27,459 bases of DNA from an uncultured Candidatus Saccharibacteria bacterium (GTDB lineage: Bacteria > Patescibacteriota > Minisyncoccia > UBA6257 > Colwellbacteraceae), in NCBI GenBank assembly GCA_964536655.1, contig CAZHYH010000001.1:1-27459 (forward strand), read 5' to 3'. The notes beneath the pieces are model-generated. The model searched no databases, was not told the DNA's origin, and worked only from the letters and a program-made list of their open reading frames with translations. Shown here in pieces: positions 7,287 to 15,109 of the stretch; the first letter of the stretch is position 1; every line of letters starts with the position of its first letter. The translations under genes and the position numbers were made by a program.

Positions 7287-7856
7287 TTACGCTTTTTCGA
7301 CTCGTTCAACATAAGTTCCCATTTCTGTATTAACTCTAATAACATCGCCCACGTTGATAAATAAAGGCGCGTTCACTTTGGCACCGGATTCGATAATAAC
7401 GGCTTTATTACCGCCAGAGGCCGTGTCGCCCTTAATGGCAGGCGGCGCTTCCACAACTTTGTACTCCGCTTTAATAGGAAGCTTGGTACCGACAATCTCA
7501 CCACTAAAAGTGAGGGCGGTTAAAATCATATTTGGTTTAAGGTATGAAATCTGTCCCGCTAGCCTTTCCTCCTCAACTTTAAATCTTTTAGATGGGTCGT
7601 TAGGATAAACAAACCAATATTCTCCCCTATGCCCATAGAGATACCTCAAATTTTTCTTCTCTATTTCCGCTTCTTTAATAGAGTCGTTCTGGTGGAAAGT
7701 ACGATCTTGAACAGCGCCAGTTATCATATTCCTTATTTTAGTTTTAGAAACTGGCTTCCTTTGTTGCATACGCAGAAATTCGTACTCCAAAATTTCCCAC
7801 GGACGACCCTCGAGAATTACAAACGTTCCCGGTTTCAGTTCATTGTAGGATAGCAT
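7287..7856 (-). CDS. efp: Translation elongation factor P
   Basis: ELKPGTFVILEG N-terminus, YLKPNM, and the conserved C-terminus GDTASGGNKAVIIESGAKVNAPLFINVGDVIRVNT..G.YVER. Confidence 0.95.
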   Translation of the reverse strand: MLSYNELKPGTFVILEGRPWEILEYEFLRMQQRKPVSKTKIRNMITGAVQDRTFHQNDSIKEAEIEKKNLRYLYGHRGEYWFVYPNDPSKRFKVEEERLAGQISYLKPNMILTALTFSGEIVGTKLPIKAEYKVVEAPPAIKGDTASGGNKAVIIESGAKVNAPLFINVGDVIRVNTEMGTYVERVEKA

Positions 7857-7857
7857 A

Positions 7858-8004
7858 CCAGGTAGTAGAAACTCGACTTGTTAAATTCTTTTTGTTTTTG
7901 ACCTTTGAAGTTGATAGGATTTTCATAAATTATTTACTTATTTTGAGCCTGAAGTGAAACTTATTTAAAATTTAACAAAAAGTAGTCGAGTTTTCACTAC
8001 CTGG
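7858..8004. mobile_element. MITE-like element, copy 1 (147 bp; 21-bp TIRs; 4-bp flanking direct repeat CATA = TATG on the coding strand)
   Basis: Left end CCAGGTAGTAGAAACTCGACT (7858-7878) and right end AGTCGAGTTTTCACTACCTGG (7984-8004) are 19/21 complementary. CATA occurs at 7854-7857 and 8005-8008. Confidence 0.85.
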
Positions 8005-8009
8005 CATAG

Positions 8010-9443
8010 CTAAGATTGATCTTCTTCTTTATGTTCTTTCTTAATTGATTTAGATAAAACTTCTCGCAGTTCTTCTAAATTTACCGGTTTCCTTTCTTTC
8101 TTCGCAACTTCAAGTATTTCAAGCGGCTGCTCCGCGCGACGCTCGGATTTCTCCACTATTTCTTTTTTGCCGCCTTGCCACTCTTCCTCTATTTTTTTAT
8201 TGACTGTTTCTTTGGGTGTGCCATACCGCCTGCGATTGTTTTCAACGATAGCGTCTAAGGGCGTATCTTTGATTATTTCCCTTGGCGGCAAAGTTTCTGC
8301 GGAGAACGGCCGCGAAGCAATGCCGTCAATCATTAATTTAATGTAAATACTATGCTGTGACAAATTTACCAAATCGTTCGAGTTAAATTCAGGTAAAAAT
8401 TCTTTTTCTACAAACTCAGCATCTTCGGCGCCTATCCTAAAAGTAGCCATAGTGCCGACATTGCCAAAAATAGCAAACTTAACTTTTTCATCAAGCTGCT
8501 CAATATATTGATGAGCTAAAGTAAGGCTTAGCCTGTATTTTCTTGCTTCCGATAAAATATTGGCGAAGGATTCCGTAGAGAAATTCTGAAATTCGTCTAT
8601 ATAAAGAAAGAAATCGCGGCGCTCTGCTTCGGGAAGATTAACGCGGCTCATAGCTGCCAATTGGATTTTGGTAATAAGCATTGCGCCTAAAAGGGCGGAA
8701 TTATCTTCTCCGATTTTTCCTTTAGAAAGATTAGCGATAAAAATTTTTCCCTCATCCATCATTCTTCTTATATCTATTGTTGAATGCGGCTGGCCGATAA
8801 TATTACGTATCAAGGGGTTGGCAACGAACTGACCGACTTTATTTAAAATGGCGGCTGTAGCCTCGGCTTCAAGCCTTTGAGTATAACGGGCAAATTCGTT
8901 AATCCAAAAACTCTTGATAACCGGATCAGCTAAACGCTCCACCACCTCACGCCGATAGTCTCTCTCGGTTAAAAGTCTCATTATACCCAGAAGCGTAGAA
9001 CCTGGGAACTCAAGAAGTGAAAGTAAAGAATTGTTTAAAATATATTCCATCCTAGCTGACCAAACATCCGGCCAAATTTTTTTGAATATTCCCATGAGAC
9101 CCGAAGCCACAATGTGATGATACTCGTCACCAACTTTCTCAAGCGGATTGAAACCTATGGGATAGTCAATATCAGCCGGGTTAAAGTAAATAACATCGTC
9201 AATCCTATTTTCTGGAATAAAATGAAGAATCTTTTCGGCAAAATCCCCATGCGGATCAACAAGTCCGATGCCGCGACCGGCTAAAATATCATCAATTACC
9301 ATATTTTCCATCATAGTTGTCTTACCGCTCCCAGTTTTACCGATAATATAAATATGGCGCCTACGATCGTCGGTCTTGATTCCGAATTTGGCTTGCCCAT
9401 TCCTAAAATTTGTTCGCCCTAATGGCGTAATTATTTCTTCCAT
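8010..9443 (-). CDS. VirD4/TraG/HerA-like P-loop ATPase (type IV secretion coupling-protein-like, DUF87-type)
   Basis: RRRHIYIIGKTGSGKT Walker A, LVDPHGD, FFLYIDEFQNF Walker B, SEARKYRLSLTLAHQY, IFGNVGT and FRIGAEDA. Confidence 0.9.
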   Translation of the reverse strand: MEEIITPLGRTNFRNGQAKFGIKTDDRRRHIYIIGKTGSGKTTMMENMVIDDILAGRGIGLVDPHGDFAEKILHFIPENRIDDVIYFNPADIDYPIGFNPLEKVGDEYHHIVASGLMGIFKKIWPDVWSARMEYILNNSLLSLLEFPGSTLLGIMRLLTERDYRREVVERLADPVIKSFWINEFARYTQRLEAEATAAILNKVGQFVANPLIRNIIGQPHSTIDIRRMMDEGKIFIANLSKGKIGEDNSALLGAMLITKIQLAAMSRVNLPEAERRDFFLYIDEFQNFSTESFANILSEARKYRLSLTLAHQYIEQLDEKVKFAIFGNVGTMATFRIGAEDAEFVEKEFLPEFNSNDLVNLSQHSIYIKLMIDGIASRPFSAETLPPREIIKDTPLDAIVENNRRRYGTPKETVNKKIEEEWQGGKKEIVEKSERRAEQPLEILEVAKKERKPVNLEELREVLSKSIKKEHKEEDQS

Positions 9444-9448
9444 AGGAT

Positions 9449-10747
9449 TTAATCAGTAACAATAGGTAAATTGGGAGGGGAGCTTCCTTTTTTAGCTTCT
9501 AAAGGTTTTAAGCTCGGCGCTCCTGCCGCGGCAATGGGCGGATGATACAAAGTTGCTAACTCTTCAATAGAAAACACAGAAGTCTTAAAACGCAAAACGA
9601 ACGGTATCTTTGGTTCCAGTGGCATTTCACGTTTCAGGTAGCTCTTAAATAATTTTTTCTTGCGCTTAAGAAGCCTGCGTTTGCGAAATATCTTACCAAC
9701 AACTCGCGGAACAGTAAGCGTGCTTGCATTCGGACGCAGAGAATTAAGATTCTGCGTACCGAATTGTCTCATTGCTCCCATGACTGCCGCTACGTTAGAA
9801 GCAGTAAAAGAGTCTTTCTTATCTAAGTATATGAATCTCAAAATCGCCTCAAAACCAAGCTTAGATATTTTATTTTCAATCGCTTTTAAAAACTCTTGCT
9901 CGCCGGGAGTAGGCATTTTTCTATCGGTTGGTTTTTCTTCGCCACCACCTTTGGACCAAGTAGGATACTGAACAGGCGCTAAAATAAGATTGCTTAAAAA
10001 TTGTATTAAGGCATCTCCTATTCCCTGTGGCGGCGCTTTAGGAGTTCTACCCATAACTTTATTAATTACTTCTTCGGCTTCACTTCGCCAAATATTGCCC
10101 GTTGGCCTAATAAGAAGTTGAAGCCAAATCATTTCATCAGATTTAAGACCTGACATTGCCTCAGAAATATTAGCAATCGGGTCCAACCTTCTCTCTTCAA
10201 TGTTTTCTTCAAAAAATTGGTAAGTTTTAATGGGATAATAGTTTTCTCTTGCGAGAATGAAATCCGTACCAAAAATATCGTAGGTATCATTAGGTAAATC
10301 ATCGCCAAATTTACCGGTATAATCCTCTGCTTCATGTATTTCAGTTTCGGGATATTGAGAAAAAAGCGAAGCCTCTACTAAATTCCGATATTTTTCAGGT
10401 ACATAAGCATAAAAATGTATGCCGTGAGCGAATCCTACCATCTCCAGAGACATCCATTCTTCCACCTTACCCACCCACCATCTATCGACCCATATTAATC
10501 CAAAGCTATAAGTGGCGTGGAGGCTCGCGAAAACCTGTTCCATAGCTTTCGGTGATTTCAGATTCTCTTTGGGTATTTTTATTTCAAGCATCACCCACTT
10601 GATGTTTTCAATAAACTTTTTCCGGACACGAATAAGCCACCAATATCTCCCTAAAATAATGAGAACATAGAGAGATATTAAAAAAACTATAAGTCCGGCC
10701 CAACCACTAAGGACTTCTCCAATCCTTGTCAAAATTGAGCTAACCAT
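9449..10747 (-). CDS. Hypothetical membrane-anchored protein, probable partner of the adjacent ATPase
   Basis: N-terminal TM helix, LEIKIPKE..KSPKAMEQVF, and C-terminal SIEELATLYHPP...PPNLP. It ends 5 nt upstream of the ATPase. The family resemblance is from recall of CPR gene pairs. Confidence 0.8.
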   Translation of the reverse strand: MVSSILTRIGEVLSGWAGLIVFLISLYVLIILGRYWWLIRVRKKFIENIKWVMLEIKIPKENLKSPKAMEQVFASLHATYSFGLIWVDRWWVGKVEEWMSLEMVGFAHGIHFYAYVPEKYRNLVEASLFSQYPETEIHEAEDYTGKFGDDLPNDTYDIFGTDFILARENYYPIKTYQFFEENIEERRLDPIANISEAMSGLKSDEMIWLQLLIRPTGNIWRSEAEEVINKVMGRTPKAPPQGIGDALIQFLSNLILAPVQYPTWSKGGGEEKPTDRKMPTPGEQEFLKAIENKISKLGFEAILRFIYLDKKDSFTASNVAAVMGAMRQFGTQNLNSLRPNASTLTVPRVVGKIFRKRRLLKRKKKLFKSYLKREMPLEPKIPFVLRFKTSVFSIEELATLYHPPIAAAGAPSLKPLEAKKGSSPPNLPIVTD

Positions 10748-11586
10748 TACTTTTTTAAGTGCTCTTTCAGGGCGTATGTTCCGCGACCAACTAAAACGAA
10801 ACGCGGATCCTTAATGAGCTCGTTGTGGATGGTGGCAGGGTGAGCCTGCTTTTTACCCAACCCATTAACCAATGAAGCGATTTCTTTAAAGTGCAAAGGC
10901 ACACCCTTCTTTTTTAAAACCAAAAAACTTTTATCTCTCACCGTTTTAGGGTGAATATGAATCCAATGTTTAGCGCCTAAGTCGCCGTAAGGACCGATGC
11001 CGAAATGTTTAGAGACCGAAAGATAATTAACCACCACAACTTCCGGCAAATCAAACTTAGCCATAGCCGCTTCAAGAAACTTATTGAAGTTATGTTCCTT
11101 AAACTTCAATAAATAACCGACCATAGAGGTGGCTGTTTTATATGATGTTTTATCGTTATGCCAGATATCGTGCCAATCATCGTCTTCGTCAATTACCTCC
11201 GGTTCACCCAATACTTTAGCTATAAGATATAATTCATTGCCAAAAATCTCTTCTTCATATTTGACGCCGAATAATATGCGTAAATCTCTTACTAGCAGAT
11301 CTTCGCGCCTCAAGTTGCCTATCTTATTTAAATAGTCATGGATTAACTCTAAAATAGCCTTAGTTTCTTCTCCATCAATAAACTTTTTTAAGGACTGAAG
11401 AGAATTATCCTCTATTTGCCTTACTCGTTCTCTTGTCAAATTATAGGCGCTGCCTAATAAGGCTAAGGTTTTAACCTCCTCTCCGTAAAGACCGTAACGA
11501 CTTATTAAAATTTTGGCCGACCTATCATCAAGTCGTCCGAAAGCTCGATCTATGACCTTGCGCAACTTCAGAGGTGTGCCTAACAT
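10747..11586 (-). CDS. Sigma-70 region-4-like HTH plus C-terminal HARE-type winged HTH protein
   Basis: N-terminal ILISRYGL...TLALLG..YNLTRERVRQIE (sigma region 4). C-terminal LVLKKKGVPLHFKEIA...TIHNELIKDPRFVLVGRGTYAL (winged HTH). No sigma region 2 is visible. Confidence 0.8.
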   Translation of the reverse strand: MLGTPLKLRKVIDRAFGRLDDRSAKILISRYGLYGEEVKTLALLGSAYNLTRERVRQIEDNSLQSLKKFIDGEETKAILELIHDYLNKIGNLRREDLLVRDLRILFGVKYEEEIFGNELYLIAKVLGEPEVIDEDDDWHDIWHNDKTSYKTATSMVGYLLKFKEHNFNKFLEAAMAKFDLPEVVVVNYLSVSKHFGIGPYGDLGAKHWIHIHPKTVRDKSFLVLKKKGVPLHFKEIASLVNGLGKKQAHPATIHNELIKDPRFVLVGRGTYALKEHLKK

Positions 11587-11592
11587 GCTATA

Positions 11593-11621
11593 AAACTACA
11601 ATTTTTTGATCTATAAGTCAA
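11593..11621 (-). promoter_or_regulatory. Putative sigma70 promoter TTGACT-N17-TAGTTT
   Basis: -35 at 11616-11621, 17-nt spacer, -10 at 11593-11598, then 6 nt to ATG 11586. Confidence 0.5.
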
Positions 11622-11623
11622 TC

Positions 11624-12529
11624 TTAAATCTTAGAATGGCGTGATAATCTATGAATCACAACAAGCAAAGGGCTCGCAACAAAAATAGAAGAGTATGTTC
11701 CGACAACAGTGCCAATTAAGATAGTAAGCACAAAATACTGCAAACCGACCGGTCCCCAGAAATAAAGAGCAAATAATACAAAAACTAAGGTCAGTGAGGT
11801 ATTAATTGACCTGGCAAAGGTTTCATTAACGCTTTTATTGACTATCTCGTCTAATTCCATGTTAGTATCACGGGCTCTCGTTAAATTTTCTCTTATCCTG
11901 TCAAAAACAACAATCGTATCGTGAACGGAAAAACCCATTACCATGAGTAGAGCCACAATAAAATTCGAATCTACGGCCACTCCTATAAAATTTCCTAAAA
12001 TTGCGAATACCCCGGCTGGAATTATTACATCATGAGCTAAAGTGATTAAGGTAATAATGCCGTATTTCCAAGAACTTACCGGGCGAGAAACTTTTCTAAA
12101 AACGAAAGCAATGTATAAAGAGATAACCACCATAACTAAAATAACGGCGGTTATGGATTTGCTCCTTAACTCTTTGGAAACCGAAGGGCTTATTCTCTGG
12201 AAATCAAAATCCTCAGCACCGCTGAAATTCTTCTCAATCGTGCCGAAATGAATTTGTCTGTCACTGTCGGGTATCTCAGGCAACGTAACTGCATATATAT
12301 CACTCGCTCTATCAAAAGCTATCCCTGAAACTTGAAGACCTAAGTTTGATCTAAAAAATTCTTCCAATTTTTGAGCGTCCGTACCAGGAATTTTAATTTG
12401 CCACAAAGTCCCACCCGTGAAATCCACTCCCAAACGAAATCCAAAAACAAGCATGCTTACAATACTAAGAACTATGAACGCGGTTGATATCCCAAAAAAT
12501 ACATTTTTATGTCCTATAACGTTAAACAT
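11624..12529 (-). CDS. secF: Protein translocase subunit SecF
   Basis: LGVDFTGGT, ISPSVSKEL, GFSVHDTIVVFDRIRE, TFARSINTS and GTYSSIFVASP. Confidence 0.95.
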   Translation of the reverse strand: MFNVIGHKNVFFGISTAFIVLSIVSMLVFGFRLGVDFTGGTLWQIKIPGTDAQKLEEFFRSNLGLQVSGIAFDRASDIYAVTLPEIPDSDRQIHFGTIEKNFSGAEDFDFQRISPSVSKELRSKSITAVILVMVVISLYIAFVFRKVSRPVSSWKYGIITLITLAHDVIIPAGVFAILGNFIGVAVDSNFIVALLMVMGFSVHDTIVVFDRIRENLTRARDTNMELDEIVNKSVNETFARSINTSLTLVFVLFALYFWGPVGLQYFVLTILIGTVVGTYSSIFVASPLLVVIHRLSRHSKI

Positions 12530-12530
12530 G

Positions 12531-13784
12531 TTATTTTCTAATAAAAACTTTAAGCATATTTCTCGTCACAAAGATTGCTGAAAACATACTAACGGCAACT
12601 CCTATGCCTAGCGTTAAAGCAAAACCTTGGACGAAACTGGAAGTAAAAAAATAAAGAATTGTGGCTGTAATGATCGTACTTATATTTGAGTCGCGGATAG
12701 GAAGCCACGCACGTTTAAAACCCTCCTCGATGGCTGCGGTTTTTATAAGTCCTTTTCTTAACTCCTCTTTGGTGCGTTCAAAAATAAGTATATTAGCATC
12801 TACCGCCATACCTACAGAAAGGATAAAACCCGCAATGCCCGACAATGTCATGGTAAAAGAAGGAATAAGCCAGAGTGCGCCGGATTTAAAAACGGCTAGT
12901 GTCAAAGCAGTATAAATAAGCAAGGCTAACACCGCAAAAATGCCAAGTAGTCTATAATAGGCAAGCATAAAAAGCATAACTATGCCTGTCCCTATTGCTC
13001 CGGCAACAATAATTTTATACAAAGCATCTTGAGCTGCGGTGGCGCTTACCGTTCTCTGATTAGTTAAAGAGATTGGGGCAGAAAGAGCGCCAGCATTTAG
13101 TCTCTGAATTAATTGTTTAGCCCCTTCTACTGTGAAACCTTCTCCTCCACCAGATATAGTTGCTTTACCGCCAGAGATTTTTTCATTCACCCGCGGCGCA
13201 TCCGTCAATTGATCATCAACAAATATTGCAAGCGGCTTCCCGACATTACGAGCCGTAATCTCTTCAAAAATCTTGGCGCCTTCTTCATTAAACTTTAAAC
13301 TCACGATTGGCTCATTTAAGTTACCGAACTCCAAAGAAGAGCCCGATATATATCTTCCGGTAAGAGGGGTTTTGGTAAAAATTATATTCTCTCCATCTTG
13401 GCTTACCTCTCTAAAATCGAGGCGCGGGGTTTCTCCTATCTGCCGAACCGCATCTTTCAAGTCTTTGACGCCGGCCAAATCTACTAAAAGTTCATAAGAG
13501 CCTCCCTTTTGGGCAATAGTAATTTTTGGTTCTGCTACGCCGTAAAGATTAACCCTTTTCTCGATAACCTCCCTCAAACCGGCCACTACCGCTTCGTATT
13601 CGCTTTGGTCTACTTCGCTTAGATCTATTTTATACGCTAAAGAAGTTCCTCCAACCAGATCTAATCCTAAACTCCAAGGCTTATATTTGGAGCCATACCA
13701 TTTAGGATAGATGAAAATGCCGGCGGCGCTCGATACCAGTAAAATAATGATTAAAATAATTAAATTGGCTTTGAAGCTTTTCAT
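12531..13784 (-). CDS. secD: Protein translocase subunit SecD (short periplasmic region)
   Basis: LGLDLVGG, AIFVDD, LNAGAL, GMAVDANILIFER, IRDSNISTII and VQGFALTLGIG. Confidence 0.95.
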   Translation of the reverse strand: MKSFKANLIILIIILLVSSAAGIFIYPKWYGSKYKPWSLGLDLVGGTSLAYKIDLSEVDQSEYEAVVAGLREVIEKRVNLYGVAEPKITIAQKGGSYELLVDLAGVKDLKDAVRQIGETPRLDFREVSQDGENIIFTKTPLTGRYISGSSLEFGNLNEPIVSLKFNEEGAKIFEEITARNVGKPLAIFVDDQLTDAPRVNEKISGGKATISGGGEGFTVEGAKQLIQRLNAGALSAPISLTNQRTVSATAAQDALYKIIVAGAIGTGIVMLFMLAYYRLLGIFAVLALLIYTALTLAVFKSGALWLIPSFTMTLSGIAGFILSVGMAVDANILIFERTKEELRKGLIKTAAIEEGFKRAWLPIRDSNISTIITATILYFFTSSFVQGFALTLGIGVAVSMFSAIFVTRNMLKVFIRK

Positions 13785-13791
13785 AAATATG

Positions 13792-13862
13792 TCCCCCCAC
13801 TAGGAATCGAACCTAGATCAATTGCTTAAAAGGCAACTGCTTTACCACTAAGCTATGGGGGG
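13792..13862 (-). tRNA. tRNA-Lys (anticodon TTT), CCA not encoded
   Basis: Cloverleaf: acceptor CCCCCCA/TGGGGGG, D arm GCTT-AGTGGTA-AAGC, anticodon arm GTTGC-CTTTTAA-GCAAT, T arm CTAGG-TTCGATT-CCTAG, discriminator A; 71 nt. Confidence 0.95.
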
Positions 13863-13885
13863 CAAGACCCCAAGCTTACGGAAGA

Positions 13886-14968
13886 TTACTCTTCTTTAAT
13901 CAGTTTTTCAAGTTCTTCGAGCAACTTCTTGGCTTTGGCGCCAATGTTTTTAGGAATTTTAATATCAAGTTTGACAACTAGATCGTTTTGTGGAGTCATC
14001 CCTTCACCTTTGATTCTTATTTCCTCATTTAAATTGTGTTGAGACGGAATCGTAATCTCTACTTTACCATCGCCTAAGGCGTGAACCTTAATTTTTCTGC
14101 CCAAAAGAACATCTATAATATCCGCCGCAACTGTAGTATAAAGATCATTGCCCTTTCTCTCAAATTTCGCGTGAGGTAAAATTCTAACCCGTACATAGAG
14201 ATCTCCGGATTCTGCCTGTCTTGCCCCCGCTTCACCAATGCCCTTTATTTTGATAATCTGGCCGTCATCTACGCCCGGTCTTATCTCAAGAACAGCATTT
14301 CTTGTGCCCGAGACGCGTCCTTCTCCCTTGCAGGCGGCACAAATCTTATTCGGTATCTGGCCGAAGCCGCTGCAATGTTTGCAAGCGACTACCTGGACAA
14401 AGTTACCGAAGAAAGTATTTCTTGATTCTCTTATTTCTCCTCTGCCGCCGCAATATTCGCACTTCTTAAGACCGGCTACATGGTCGTATCCTAATCCGCG
14501 GCAAACGTTACAAATAAGATGCGTTTGATATTCCAGGTTAACTCTTTTCCCTGATTTTGCTTCTTCTAAAGTAACCGTCACGCTTATTTCTAAATCCGAA
14601 CCACGCTTGTAAGTTTTACGCTTTGGTTTAACTCCCAGCCCTTCAAAAAAAGCATCGAATACTTCGCCCAAATCAGAGGTATCCCCGAAGCCGCCAAGGT
14701 TAATATCCCAGTTAAACCCTTCTGGGTTCACTCCGCTCCAGGCGCCGTAATTCGAGCCGTCGCTAAACACTTTGCCGAAACGATCGTACTCCGCCCGCTT
14801 TTTAGCATCAGAGAGCACTTGATAAGCTTCGTTTATTTCCTTAAATTTCTTCTCATCGCCGCCTTGCTTATCAGGATGATATTTATGCGCTAAACGCCTA
14901 TAAGCCTTCTTAATTTCTTCGGTAGAAGCGTTGCGGAGAACTTCTAAGATTTTGTAATAGTCATTCAT
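13886..14968 (-). CDS. dnaJ: Chaperone DnaJ
   Basis: J domain with HPD, G/F-rich linker, four CxxCxGxG repeats and C-terminal GDLYVRV. Confidence 0.97.
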   Translation of the reverse strand: MNDYYKILEVLRNASTEEIKKAYRRLAHKYHPDKQGGDEKKFKEINEAYQVLSDAKKRAEYDRFGKVFSDGSNYGAWSGVNPEGFNWDINLGGFGDTSDLGEVFDAFFEGLGVKPKRKTYKRGSDLEISVTVTLEEAKSGKRVNLEYQTHLICNVCRGLGYDHVAGLKKCEYCGGRGEIRESRNTFFGNFVQVVACKHCSGFGQIPNKICAACKGEGRVSGTRNAVLEIRPGVDDGQIIKIKGIGEAGARQAESGDLYVRVRILPHAKFERKGNDLYTTVAADIIDVLLGRKIKVHALGDGKVEITIPSQHNLNEEIRIKGEGMTPQNDLVVKLDIKIPKNIGAKAKKLLEELEKLIKEE

Positions 14969-14969
14969 T

Positions 14970-15105
14970 CCAGGTAGTAGAAACTCGACTAATTATATTG
15001 GTAATTTTGACCTTTAAGTTTTCCATTATTTATAGGTAAATTCATTTATAACTATTTGATTATTTTATTCGCCTTTGGCGAACGAGTCGAGTTTTCACTA
15101 CCTGG
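14970..15105. mobile_element. MITE-like element, copy 2 (136 bp; same 21-bp TIRs; 4-bp flanking direct repeat CATT = AATG on the coding strand)
   Basis: CCAGGTAGTAGAAACTCGACT (14970-14990) and AGTCGAGTTTTCACTACCTGG (15085-15105) are identical to the ends of copy 1. CATT occurs at 14966-14969 and 15106-15109. Confidence 0.85.
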
Positions 15106-15109
15106 CATT

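Noticed and set aside
7858-8004. Reading the TIR elements as simple terminators or a known riboswitch
   Set aside because: The loops are about 100 nt, there is no U tract after the 3' arm, copy-specific 4-bp direct repeats flank both copies, and I recognise no aptamer consensus.
8010-9443. Calling the region an ICE or conjugative element
   Set aside because: There is no relaxase, VirB4, integrase or att pair, and the ATPase is embedded among core genes.
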